Assembly (NCBI GenBank): GCA_965370965.1
Contig: CBDUWQ010000003.1
Span: 1 to 52,878 of the forward strand
Reading direction: 5' to 3'
DNA from: an uncultured Bacteroidales bacterium
GTDB lineage: Bacteria > Bacteroidota > Bacteroidia > Bacteroidales > SZUA-534
DNA: 52,878 nt
Part shown: one piece after another, positions 11,008 to 21,004 of the stretch
Layout of the letters: each line of letters begins with the position of its first letter
Position numbering within the stretch: position 1 is the first letter of the stretch
The notes under the pieces: model-generated
Seen by the model: the letters and a program-made list of their open reading frames with translations, nothing else
The model's database searches: none
What the model was told of the DNA's origin: nothing
Program-made: the position numbers and the translations under genes

Positions 11008-11089
11008 TAGGTTTACTCCAAAAGTTTGGCACTTAGAGGTTCAAAACCGCTAAGTGGCGTCTCTTTTATCTTTAAACGCTTGCATTTTT

Positions 11090-12940
11090 TTAAATATCAA
11101 CCTCTAATTGATAGCCATCGCGCCTAACAACCATAGCATTTTCATAATTGTGATGTGTGCCCTCAACCTTTGGTATATATAGTGAGCTTACTATTTTAAT
11201 AGCTGTCTCTTTAATATTAAGAGGCTTTTCTTGTCCAATTTCAACTGAGAAACGGTATAGTGCTTTGGCATCAACATTTTGCAGCATGCCACCATTTAAA
11301 ATGCCGGGAATATACCAAACTAAATAATTGCCCGATTTGGCTATTTCGCCGCTCATACTTGCTAAAACACCGTGTAGGCTACGTTTTGCCGAAATAAACG
11401 GTTGTATTTCAGCAACATTAATATCTTCGGCAGCAGCACCAACAAATAGGGCAGTACCTTTTAGACATGAAAAAATTGCTTTAAAAATCTGTAATGGGAC
11501 ATAGTGGTTGATAATACCAACTTTATCGGGTTTGCGGCTTAATAAAACTCCGGCAGCATTTATAAAAAAGTTATAGCTTTTACTATTACAGGTCAGTTTT
11601 TCAATAAACTCTTTTACTTGGGCATCATCAAAAAAATCGGCCTTATAGATTTTAATTTTCAACCCTTTAGTTAATGCTAGTTTTTCTAATTCTTCAACAA
11701 CTTTTTTATTTTTATTGTATTGCAGAATTAAATCTGCCCCTCGTTTTATCAGGTCAAGGGCAATTTCAGAACCCAGTCTGCCGCTTGCGCCTAAAACCAA
11801 TGCAGTAGTGCCTTTTAAATCGTTTTTAAAAAGGTAGTCGAGTTTTTTATTGTGGTATTTTTTATCAGGCACCAAATAGGTAAATGCACCATAGTTACCA
11901 CCTACACCGGCCATAGGGCTAACTATTTTCATGCCCGCGTTAAGTTTGCCTTGCTCATTAAGCATTGAGTAGGCAATAGGCACGGTGGCTCCCGAAATAT
12001 TTCCATATTCGTGTTGTGCATCTAAATATAGCTGTTTTGGGGTTAACCCCAAATTTTGTGCAGCAGGGTAAAGAATAGCATTTCCGGTTTGGTGTGGCAC
12101 GCAAAGGTCAAGTTCATTAACTTTCCATCCTGTTTTTTCCATTACTTCGCGCGCTGCCACCTGAATATTTTCTATTGCTCTGTCTTTTATTAGTGTATCG
12201 TCCATATACAAATTCCAGTTTTTGTCAACGCCAACAAAATCAATCATTTGCATATCCTGATAATTATTTATTGCCAATACGCCTTGTGGTTTTTCTGTTT
12301 CAACCCTCGATAAAATTATAGCAGCAGCACCATCGGCAAAGGTTACAAATGGCACAAACTTTACGCGTTGGGTTAAAAACGACGACATTGTTTCGGTATG
12401 TGCCACAACAAGATGCTTGGCATCGGGGTGTGTTTTAAAATGTTCAATAGCAAGTTCAAGGTTGGTATTAAAACCCGAACAACCCGATGTTATGGTAAAG
12501 GTTGGCTTAAAATTGTTAAACCCCACAAAATGCGATTTTATAGATGCCGCAATGCCCGGCGCTTTTTGGTGCGGCGACACTGTGCTAATAAACCATGCAT
12601 CAATTTCTTTTGGTGTGATACCTGCATCTTTAAAAGCATTATCAACGGCTTTTACACCAAGCTCAAGTGACGATTCGGCATAATAAAGCTTTTTTTTGGT
12701 AGGAGGAAAAGGTGTTACGTGCCTTCGGATATTAAAGCCCATTTTTTCGCGCACAAAATAGTCGAATGCTCCAATTTTCGGATTTTTCTCCTTGTAGGCA
12801 ATATAGTTTTTGCTTTTAGCCATGCGCTTTTCATCAAAACCCCGTAGCAGACCTTTACGTATTGCATCGGCAATATATTCGTTGGTAACGGGGTATTTTC
12901 CGGCTGAGTGTCCTATTCCTGAAAATATATAGCTTTCCAT
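11090..12940 (-). CDS. FabH/KAS III-like ketosynthase fused to a degenerate SDR domain (paralogue A)
   Basis: KAS triad SGCSGF / PHQTG / GNISGA; SDR GASGRLG and NAAG present, but YxxxK reads FISAK. Confidence 0.8.
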   Translation of the reverse strand: MESYIFSGIGHSAGKYPVTNEYIADAIRKGLLRGFDEKRMAKSKNYIAYKEKNPKIGAFDYFVREKMGFNIRRHVTPFPPTKKKLYYAESSLELGVKAVDNAFKDAGITPKEIDAWFISTVSPHQKAPGIAASIKSHFVGFNNFKPTFTITSGCSGFNTNLELAIEHFKTHPDAKHLVVAHTETMSSFLTQRVKFVPFVTFADGAAAIILSRVETEKPQGVLAINNYQDMQMIDFVGVDKNWNLYMDDTLIKDRAIENIQVAAREVMEKTGWKVNELDLCVPHQTGNAILYPAAQNLGLTPKQLYLDAQHEYGNISGATVPIAYSMLNEQGKLNAGMKIVSPMAGVGGNYGAFTYLVPDKKYHNKKLDYLFKNDLKGTTALVLGASGRLGSEIALDLIKRGADLILQYNKNKKVVEELEKLALTKGLKIKIYKADFFDDAQVKEFIEKLTCNSKSYNFFINAAGVLLSRKPDKVGIINHYVPLQIFKAIFSCLKGTALFVGAAAEDINVAEIQPFISAKRSLHGVLASMSGEIAKSGNYLVWYIPGILNGGMLQNVDAKALYRFSVEIGQEKPLNIKETAIKIVSSLYIPKVEGTHHNYENAMVVRRDGYQLEVDI

Positions 12941-13033
12941 TATATTAATTTCTTATTTTGTTAATTGTACAGTATTATTTTGTAATCATATCATTTTTGG
13001 TTAACGATTTATGATTATTTATACTTTATTATA

Positions 13034-14887
13034 CTAATACTTACTATACCCATCTTTGCGTACAACCAAAACCCCATTGTAATGGCTGCGCACCTTAGTT
13101 ACTTTTGGAATATACAGCGAGCGTACCATACGGTTGGCAATTTCCTTTAGCGGGATGAGTTTTTCCTGTCCTACCGCTAACATCGATGCATTTATTTGTG
13201 TACTGTTTAGCACCTCTGTCATTCCTCCGTCAATAATTCCCGGTATGTAGTAAATGCATTTAAGTTTTGGGTAGTTATTGCGTGCATACCCTGCGGCAAA
13301 TCCAAACAGCCCCCTTTTTGATGCAACATATGCTGATGAGCCGCTAAATTGGGCATCTTGGGCAATAGAGCCTGTAAACATAACCGTTTCGGTTAAATAA
13401 TCGGTCAGCAGCTCGGTAAGTTTTGCAGGGTTTGTGTAATTAACCTTATCAACAAAACGCATTTCGTCATTTGTTATTTCCGATGCCTTATTCAGACTTC
13501 CGGTGGCTGCTACTGTATGAACCAGATAGTTTAGTTCCCGTGTCTCTTTTATGATTGTTTGTGCAAGACTTTCAACCTCGGCATATTGGCTAAAATCGGC
13601 TTTTATTGTTTTATGGTTTAACTCTTGGTTATCAAGTGCGGCCAATAGTTTTTCGGCCTTTTTTTTGTTTGAGTTGTAATGCAAAAAAACACGACATCCT
13701 TTTGCGGCAAGCTGTTTTGATATTTCACCACCCAAACCTCCGGTGCATCCTGTTACCAAAGCTGTTTTATCTTTTAAGTCGTTGGTTTTAGGTTTAAACT
13801 TTTCAAAATGGGGTACTATATATGAAAAACCACCAAGTTCGCCACCCAGCCCTGTAACCGAGGTTATAATTTTCATTTGCGGTTTTAGTTTGCCTTTTTT
13901 ATCAAGATATGCCATTGATGCAGGTATAGAAGCTCCCGATAAATTACCGTAGTCAAGCTGTATATCTTGAAATACTTTTTTTAATGGCATTTGCAGTTTT
14001 TCGGCAGCCTCATGAACAATTGCATTTCCGGTTTGGTGCGGGATAAAAATGTTGATGTCATCTTTGTCCCATTTAGCCTTTTCAAGCAGCTCGGTTGCGG
14101 CTGTTGCAATATTAGGAACAGCCCTTGCTTTAACCCTGCGGGGTTCCATAATCAGATTCCCGCTTCTGTCGGAGCCTAAAAAATCAACCATTGCCAAATC
14201 TTCATAATTTACAACATCAATAATACCTTCTTTTTTATCCGATTTTACTCTGCTAATAACTACTGCCGCAGCTCCATCGCCAAAAGTGGTAAAGGGTACA
14301 AAGTCTTTATCTTCTAACAGTAAACTGCTCATTACCTCGGTATGGGCAACTACAATATGGTTGGCATTACTGTGTGTTTTAAGGTAATTAACAGCTCTCT
14401 CAACATTTATATTAAATCCTACACAAGCCGATGTTGTGGTAACAGTTGGGGTGCGGTTGTCAATTTTTGTAAAGTAGCATTTGGCAGTTTCGGCAATACC
14501 CGGTGCCATTTCGTGCGGTGTGGCTGTACTTATAATCCATGTTGCAATATCATCGGCATGTACGCCTGAATTGTCAAGTGCCTGCTTAATAGCTTCAACC
14601 AACAAATCTAAACTGGTTTGTGCCGTATCATAATTTTTTGCCCTTGGCGGAAAAGGCACTACATGATATCTTTTTCTAAATCCCATCATATGCTCGGCCA
14701 TATAGTCAAAGGCTGTTGCATTAGAAAATTTTTTAAGCAACTCTTGGTATTTTTCAGAGTTTTCTATCCTTTTTTTATCCAATCCGGTAAAAAAACCGGC
14801 ATCAATAGCCTTGTCAATATCATTATTCGTAACCTTGTATTTTCCGGTAACAAAGCCGTATCCGCTAAATATATAATTTACGTGCAT
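13034..14887 (-). CDS. FabH/KAS III-like ketosynthase fused to an SDR ketoreductase (paralogue B)
   Basis: KAS triad SACVGF / PHQTG / GNLSGAS; SDR TGCTGGLG, catalytic Ser (TGS) and YVASK. Confidence 0.82.
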   Translation of the reverse strand: MHVNYIFSGYGFVTGKYKVTNNDIDKAIDAGFFTGLDKKRIENSEKYQELLKKFSNATAFDYMAEHMMGFRKRYHVVPFPPRAKNYDTAQTSLDLLVEAIKQALDNSGVHADDIATWIISTATPHEMAPGIAETAKCYFTKIDNRTPTVTTTSACVGFNINVERAVNYLKTHSNANHIVVAHTEVMSSLLLEDKDFVPFTTFGDGAAAVVISRVKSDKKEGIIDVVNYEDLAMVDFLGSDRSGNLIMEPRRVKARAVPNIATAATELLEKAKWDKDDINIFIPHQTGNAIVHEAAEKLQMPLKKVFQDIQLDYGNLSGASIPASMAYLDKKGKLKPQMKIITSVTGLGGELGGFSYIVPHFEKFKPKTNDLKDKTALVTGCTGGLGGEISKQLAAKGCRVFLHYNSNKKKAEKLLAALDNQELNHKTIKADFSQYAEVESLAQTIIKETRELNYLVHTVAATGSLNKASEITNDEMRFVDKVNYTNPAKLTELLTDYLTETVMFTGSIAQDAQFSGSSAYVASKRGLFGFAAGYARNNYPKLKCIYYIPGIIDGGMTEVLNSTQINASMLAVGQEKLIPLKEIANRMVRSLYIPKVTKVRSHYNGVLVVRKDGYSKY

Positions 14888-14889
14888 TT

Positions 14890-15645
14890 TTATTGCTTTT
14901 TTATAAAATTCTCTCCAATACTCAATTTCCCATTTTTAAACAGCAGTTTCGAAAAAAGTTCTGCTTCTGTACTGTATTGGGTATCTAAATCTGATTTTCT
15001 TGATAGTTTAATTGTCTGTTTAATAGCTTTTAAGCTATCGGGGTTTGTTTTAGAATAAAAAGCTATTTGGTTATCAATTTCATGTTTAAATTTTGCTGAG
15101 GACACAACTTTTTGAACTAGTCCTATTTTTTGAGCAGTGTCATGGTTAAATTCATCGCCTGTTAGCAAATAGTATGCTGCTGCCGATTCTCCAACTTGAA
15201 TAGGAAACTGAACAGTACCTCCGGCACCGGGTATTATTCCGTATTTTACTTCTGGAAAAGCAAAACGGACTGTATTATCACAAATCCTGATATCGCAATG
15301 CAGAGCTATCTCCAGACCACCTCCAAAACAAATTCCCTGAATAAATGCAACTGTAGGTATATCAAGGTTTCGAATCAATAAAAAAGTTTTATGAATAAAG
15401 TTGCTTCGGTGTTCGGCTTCTTTTTGCTCAAGCTGTTGCATCTCTTTTAAATCGCCACCGGCACTAAAAGCTTTTTCTGCTCCAAATATAAAAAGTGCCC
15501 TATTATTAATGGTGTCAATTGTTGATACAGCATGGTAAATTTCTTCAACCATTTTAAAGCAGATGGCATTGAGTTTATCAGGTCTGTTTAAGTATAAACA
15601 GGCTATATTTTTTTTTTGCTTAATATTTATGTAAGTATATTGCAT
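14890..15645 (-). CDS. Enoyl-CoA hydratase/isomerase (crotonase family)
   Basis: LNRPDKLNA, FSAGGDL, GGGLE and FPEVKYGIIPGAGGT; both catalytic Glu residues retained. Confidence 0.92.
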   Translation of the reverse strand: MQYTYINIKQKKNIACLYLNRPDKLNAICFKMVEEIYHAVSTIDTINNRALFIFGAEKAFSAGGDLKEMQQLEQKEAEHRSNFIHKTFLLIRNLDIPTVAFIQGICFGGGLEIALHCDIRICDNTVRFAFPEVKYGIIPGAGGTVQFPIQVGESAAAYYLLTGDEFNHDTAQKIGLVQKVVSSAKFKHEIDNQIAFYSKTNPDSLKAIKQTIKLSRKSDLDTQYSTEAELFSKLLFKNGKLSIGENFIKKQ

Positions 15646-15670
15646 TGGGTAGATTTTACTGATAAAACTA

Positions 15671-16414
15671 CTAATTATTACCTAAACCAAGGTGTTGATT
15701 TATCTGTTTTTTGATTTTTTCCAACAATTCTATTTCCGTTAGGTTACCCCTATGCATTGGCTTTAGTGCAGTATATTTTATTCTTATTCCAAAGTTTAGA
15801 GGAAATTGACCCCATTTGTGCAATTTATAATTACCATCAATTACCATTGGTACTATTAATGCGCTGGGGGCGGCTCTTAATAGTGTTTTAAATCCGGCTG
15901 GTTTAAAGTCGTTTAATTTTCCGTTTTTACTACGTGTTCCTTCGGGATAAATACAAACCGACCAGTTTTTTTCTTCCATATTTTTCCCTAATCTAAAAAT
16001 TTCTTTTATTGCCTGCGCCCCACTTTCTCTGTTAATTATAGCAGAACCACCTTTGCGTAAGTTGTACGATATGCTTGGGTAGTATCTTCCTAACTCTTTT
16101 TTTGCAATAAATTTTGGATGGTGTTTGTGAAAACCCCATGCTATGGGTGCAACATCGTGCATGCTTTGATGATTTGATATTATTATTAGAGGCACGTTTT
16201 TTGGTAAGTTGTTAAAACCATGATATGTAAAATGGCACAAAAGTGCATGTAAGTTTTGAACAAATAAATAGTTTATCAAATCAACTACTGTTTTATGAGA
16301 TTTGTATCCAAAAAGATTATAGGCAATAACCTGAATAGGATGAAGACTTATTAATAATACGATCATTAAAAAATAATGGATTATTGTTAATGGATAAGCT
16401 ATAATCTTACGCAT
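15671..16414 (-). CDS. Lysophospholipid (1-acyl-G3P) acyltransferase, PlsC family
   Basis: NHQSMHD (HxxxxD), FIAKKEL and YPEGTRS motifs. Confidence 0.92.
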   Translation of the reverse strand: MRKIIAYPLTIIHYFLMIVLLISLHPIQVIAYNLFGYKSHKTVVDLINYLFVQNLHALLCHFTYHGFNNLPKNVPLIIISNHQSMHDVAPIAWGFHKHHPKFIAKKELGRYYPSISYNLRKGGSAIINRESGAQAIKEIFRLGKNMEEKNWSVCIYPEGTRSKNGKLNDFKPAGFKTLLRAAPSALIVPMVIDGNYKLHKWGQFPLNFGIRIKYTALKPMHRGNLTEIELLEKIKKQINQHLGLGNN

Positions 16415-16441
16415 ATGCTCTTTTTAAGGTTTAAAGATATT

Positions 16442-16466
16442 AAAAAAGGGGCTTTATCATAGCCCC
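16442..16466 (-). terminator. Intrinsic terminator after nrdJ
   Basis: GGGGCT/AGCCCC stem followed by a T run on the minus strand. Confidence 0.65.
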
Positions 16467-16497
16467 AGTTTCAAATATTTGTATTTGTTAAAGAAAA

Positions 16498-19059
16498 TTA
16501 TCCACACTTTGAATACCCACAATTTGAGCATGTAAGACAACCATCTTGATAAATAATTGTATTCTCATGTTCACATTCGGGACAAATTGTGCCTTCTTTT
16601 GCTTTTGTCCCATCCTCAACATATCTTTTTAAGGCGCGTGCTACACCTTTTTTCCAAGTATTAATGGTTTCCGAATCAAGCTCTAACGAATCAACCAAAG
16701 CTACTACCTGAGCTATTGGCATACCATGCCTTAATACACCTGAAATTAATTTGGCATAGTTCCAAAACTCAGGGGCAAATTTGTGCGACAGCCCTTCAAC
16801 AGTAGTTTTGTAGCCATATTTGTTTTCGTATTGAAAATCATAACGTGTACTGCCCTCTTCGTTTATATTTTTGATTATCCTTCCTCTTTCAATTGTTTTT
16901 GGAATTGGTAGCACATCATCTTCGGCAAGACCGGTGAAAATTTCATACGGTCTGTTTTCAAGAATACCAATAAATGCAATCCAGTTTTCGTTGTTATTGT
17001 TAAACCTAAGAATATCCGCCTCAAGTATTTTAGGGCGTTTGATTGTTGCCAGTTGTGGTGCTTTTTTGTCTTTTTTATTTGATATCAATACACCCGAGCG
17101 TGAACCATCGCGATAAACGGTAACTCCTTTACAACCACTTTTCCAAGCCTCAATATAAAGTTCGCTTACTAATTCTTCTTTGGCATCCTCAGGCAAATTA
17201 ATGGTAACGCTAATTGAGTGGTCAACCCATTTTTGGATAGCCCCCTGCATTTTAACTTTTTGATGCCAATCAACATCATTTGAGGTTGCTTTATAATATG
17301 GCGATTCTTTTATTACCTCATCCATTTGCTCGTCGTCCATGTTTTTTACTTCATCAACATTGTAGCCTTTAACCTTTAGCCATGTTATAAAATTATGATG
17401 AAATACATTGTACTCTTCCCAACTGTCATTTACATCGTCAACAAAATCAATTTTAGCATTTTTATCGTTTGGGTTTACTTTTCGGCGGCGTTTATAAACC
17501 GGTAAAAAAACAGGCTCAATACCCGATGTTGTTTGGGTCATTATGCTTGTTGTGCCTGTGGGTGCTATTGTTAATAGTGCAATATTTCTACGACCATGCC
17601 TCATCATATCACTATGCAACTGTGGGTCTTCTTGTTTTATTCTTAAAAGTATAGGGTTGTTTACTTCACGTTGGGCATCAAAAATAGTAAAAGGGCCACG
17701 TTCCTTTGCCATTTCTACTGATGATTTATAGGCCGATAATGCTAATGTTTTTTGCACTTCAACAGCAAATTCACTTGCATTTGGTGTGCCATAGCGTAAG
17801 CCTAATGCTGCCAACATATCGCCTTCGCCGGTAATTCCAACACCTGTACGGCGTCCTTCTTTTGCTTTTTGTTTAATATTTTCCCATAAATTAGTTTCGG
17901 TGCGCTTTACTTCGTGCTCTTCGGGGTCTGACACCACTTTGTCTATTATTGCATCTATTTTTTCTAATTCAAGGTCAATAATATCATCCATTATTCGTTG
18001 GGCATATTTAACATGCTCTTTAAAAAGTTCAAAATTGAATTTTGCTTCTTCGGTAAACGGATTATCAACATAGCTGTATAAATTTATTGCTAAAAGCCTG
18101 CAACTATCGTAAGGGCATAATGGTATTTCGCCGCAAGGGTTTGTCGATACTGTTTTGTATCCTAAATCGGCATAACAATCGGGAATACTTTCGCGAATTA
18201 CGGTATCCCAAAATAAAATTCCGGGCTCGGCCGATTTCCATGCATTATGCACTATTTTTTTCCAAATATCTTGTGCATTTACGTCTTTTGTAAAGGTGGG
18301 GTTATCAGAGTCAATTGGGTATTGCTGTTTATATGGGGTTCCGTTAATTACCGACTCCATAAAATCATCGTCAATTTTTACTGAAATATTTGCTCCGGTA
18401 ACTTTGTCCGATTCTATTTTTGCATCAATAAACGATTCAGCATCGGGGTGCTTGCTCGAAACAGAAAGCATAAGTGCCCCACGCCTGCCATCTTGTGCCA
18501 CCTCGCGTGTTGAGTTTGAATAGCGCTCCATAAACGGAACCAACCCTGTGCTAGTTAATGCCGAATTTTTTACTGGGCTGCCTTTTGGCCTAATGTGTGA
18601 AAGGTCGTGACCAACGCCTCCGCGCCGTTTCATTAATTGTACCTGTTCTTGGTCAATCATCATAACGCCTCCGTATGAATCGGCAGGGGTTTGACGTCCT
18701 ATTACAAAACAGTTTGATAGTGAACCAATTTGATGATTATTACCTATACCGGTCATTGGACCGCCCTGAGGAATTATATATTTAAAATCTTTTAGTAATT
18801 GGTAAACTTTTTCTTCTGACATTGGGTTGGGGTACTTTTTTTCAATACGGCTCAACTCCATAGCAAGCCTTTTGTGCATTTGGTCAGGGGTTAGTTCAAA
18901 AATACTGCCATACGAGTCTTTTAAGGCATACTTATTTACCCATACGGTTGCTGCAAGCTCATCGCCTTTAAAATATTCTAATGCAGCTTTTACAGCCTCT
19001 TCATAAGAATATATTTTTTGTTTTTGTTCTGTTTTTACAGTCATTTCTTCAGTCAGCAT
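16498..19059 (-). CDS. nrdJ: Adenosylcobalamin-dependent (class II) ribonucleotide reductase
   Basis: LSNCFV, TNPCGEIPL, IAPTGT, KGVTVYRDGSR and a C-terminal CPEC...CSNCGYSKCG ribbon; no beta-subunit gene nearby. Confidence 0.93.
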   Translation of the reverse strand: MLTEEMTVKTEQKQKIYSYEEAVKAALEYFKGDELAATVWVNKYALKDSYGSIFELTPDQMHKRLAMELSRIEKKYPNPMSEEKVYQLLKDFKYIIPQGGPMTGIGNNHQIGSLSNCFVIGRQTPADSYGGVMMIDQEQVQLMKRRGGVGHDLSHIRPKGSPVKNSALTSTGLVPFMERYSNSTREVAQDGRRGALMLSVSSKHPDAESFIDAKIESDKVTGANISVKIDDDFMESVINGTPYKQQYPIDSDNPTFTKDVNAQDIWKKIVHNAWKSAEPGILFWDTVIRESIPDCYADLGYKTVSTNPCGEIPLCPYDSCRLLAINLYSYVDNPFTEEAKFNFELFKEHVKYAQRIMDDIIDLELEKIDAIIDKVVSDPEEHEVKRTETNLWENIKQKAKEGRRTGVGITGEGDMLAALGLRYGTPNASEFAVEVQKTLALSAYKSSVEMAKERGPFTIFDAQREVNNPILLRIKQEDPQLHSDMMRHGRRNIALLTIAPTGTTSIMTQTTSGIEPVFLPVYKRRRKVNPNDKNAKIDFVDDVNDSWEEYNVFHHNFITWLKVKGYNVDEVKNMDDEQMDEVIKESPYYKATSNDVDWHQKVKMQGAIQKWVDHSISVTINLPEDAKEELVSELYIEAWKSGCKGVTVYRDGSRSGVLISNKKDKKAPQLATIKRPKILEADILRFNNNNENWIAFIGILENRPYEIFTGLAEDDVLPIPKTIERGRIIKNINEEGSTRYDFQYENKYGYKTTVEGLSHKFAPEFWNYAKLISGVLRHGMPIAQVVALVDSLELDSETINTWKKGVARALKRYVEDGTKAKEGTICPECEHENTIIYQDGCLTCSNCGYSKCG

Positions 19060-19299
19060 TTTTGCAATAGTTTACCTGGTTATTAATTCTTTTTTGTTGT
19101 TAAATAATTCCTTATAGGGCAGAAAATTTGTTATGCGAAAGTAACTCTAAACTAAATATTATTAAAAATCACTTATTAACATTTTTTGGTGATAATTCAG
19201 TAATAAATTGATATATAATTTATTATCCAGTTGATTTCTCAATTTTTTTTGTGAAAAGGCATGAGTATTCTTATTGGGCAAATTAATTAAATACAACTG

Positions 19300-20529
19300 T
19301 TATTTGAACAGTTTTGAGAGTATTATTTCTGTTCCTCCACGCATAGAATCAACATACTGCAATGCTGATTTACCTGCTTTTTGCCTGTGGCTTTTATCAT
19401 TGAGCAGGCTATTTAAAAGTGTTTCAAATTCATGAAAATCAGATATTGAATAACCCGATGCAATATTGATTAAATCGCAAGCTTCTTGAAACCGTTTATA
19501 ATTAGGACCAAATATAACGGGCAAACCATAAGTAACTGCCTCTAATGTATTATGTATGCCTTTACCAAAGCCTCCACCTATATATGAAATTTTACCGTAC
19601 CTATACAGCGACGATAATATTCCTATGCTGTCGATAATAAGTATGTTGGTTTGTAAAATATTTTGTGTATTGGCATCAGAAAATTTTAATAGGGGTAATT
19701 TAAATAATGCTTCTATTTTGTTGATATGTGATTTGTGGATTTCATGAGGTGCTATAATCCATTTTACTTTATCGGGGTATTTATGTGCGTATTCTGCAAT
19801 AATTTCCTCATCTTTTTCCCATGTGCTGCCTGCAATAATAACAAAACTATTTTTTGCAAATTGTTCAATTAAATCAATGGGGGCGGCATTTTTTGCTAAT
19901 GCATAAACCCTGTCAAATCGTGTATCGCCTGCTACTTCAACCTGTGTAATATTTATTTTGGCAAGTAAATCTTTCGACTCTTGGTTTTGCACATATATTT
20001 TATTAAAAAAGGTAAGCATTTTACGATACCAACCTCCGTACCATTTAAAAAAGAGTTGTTTTTTTCTAAATATTGCTGAAAAAATATAGGTTGGTATATT
20101 TTGCTTTTTTAGCTGGCTTAGGTAGTGAAACCAAAACTCATATTTTACAAAGAATACTACTTTTGGTTTTATAATATTGATAAAACGCTTAGCATTGTGC
20201 TTTGAATCAATGGGGAGGTAAAAAATATAGTCGGCACCTTTATAGTTTTTACGTATTTCGTATCCCGATGGCGAAAAAAAGGTAAGTAGTATTTTATAAT
20301 CGGGATATCTGTTTTTAAACCCCTCAATTACCGGTCGCCCTTGTTCAAATTCGCCAAGCGATGATACATGAAACCATACAATATTTTCATTGCCTTTTAT
20401 TGCATCGCTAATATTTAAAAAAATATTTTTGCGTCCATTAACCCATTGCTTTGCCTTAGTATTAAAAAGCGATGCAACCCTTATGGCAATGCTATAAAAC
20501 CAAATGCTTATGTTGTAAATTATAATCAT
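19300..20529 (-). CDS. waaA: 3-deoxy-D-manno-octulosonic acid (Kdo) transferase
   Basis: WFHVSSLGE, YLPID, GDTRFD, IAGST, APH, YIGGGF and HNTLEA motifs. Confidence 0.93.
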   Translation of the reverse strand: MIIIYNISIWFYSIAIRVASLFNTKAKQWVNGRKNIFLNISDAIKGNENIVWFHVSSLGEFEQGRPVIEGFKNRYPDYKILLTFFSPSGYEIRKNYKGADYIFYLPIDSKHNAKRFINIIKPKVVFFVKYEFWFHYLSQLKKQNIPTYIFSAIFRKKQLFFKWYGGWYRKMLTFFNKIYVQNQESKDLLAKINITQVEVAGDTRFDRVYALAKNAAPIDLIEQFAKNSFVIIAGSTWEKDEEIIAEYAHKYPDKVKWIIAPHEIHKSHINKIEALFKLPLLKFSDANTQNILQTNILIIDSIGILSSLYRYGKISYIGGGFGKGIHNTLEAVTYGLPVIFGPNYKRFQEACDLINIASGYSISDFHEFETLLNSLLNDKSHRQKAGKSALQYVDSMRGGTEIILSKLFK

Positions 20530-20590
20530 ATTTAGTGTAGGTCTCTAACTTTAAAAGTCATTATTTATACGTTAGTATTATACTTTGTGT

Positions 20591-21004
20591 TTAGAAATCT
20601 TCAAGAAATTCAGCCATTGTAACAATCTTCGTTTTTTCAATCTTTTTAAAGGTCAATAAATCCTTATCTTCTGAAATCAAGTATTTTGCTTTACCATCAA
20701 TGGCAAGATTGAGTAAAAAGTTGTCTTTTATATTACGGCAATCGTTAACGTCTGATTTTACCTCTACTAATTTTCCGATTGAATCAAAAAACGTTAGAAG
20801 TTTTTCAATATCGGAATTAGAAAAATATTTTTGAAATTTGGGTCGTTTTGTGACTAATAAGAATTCTTCAATCAATTCCTTTGAAAACAAAAGCTGAATT
20901 TTCTTATTTTCAAAAAAACTATCCAGCTTTATGTAATTTTTGGTAATTAAGAAACTGATCCAAAGGTTTGTGTCAATTATAATCCTTTTTTTCCTAATCT
21001 TCAT
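20591..21004 (-). CDS. PIN-domain putative toxin
   Basis: IIIDTNLWIS, EE, KDNFLL and EDKDLL acidic PIN motifs; 137 aa. Confidence 0.88.
   Translation of the reverse strand: MKIRKKRIIIDTNLWISFLITKNYIKLDSFFENKKIQLLFSKELIEEFLLVTKRPKFQKYFSNSDIEKLLTFFDSIGKLVEVKSDVNDCRNIKDNFLLNLAIDGKAKYLISEDKDLLTFKKIEKTKIVTMAEFLEDF

Noticed and set aside
19060-19299. Cobalamin riboswitch upstream of nrdJ
   Set aside because: The region is very AT-rich with no recognisable B12-box, and the -7-like box is close to the start codon.
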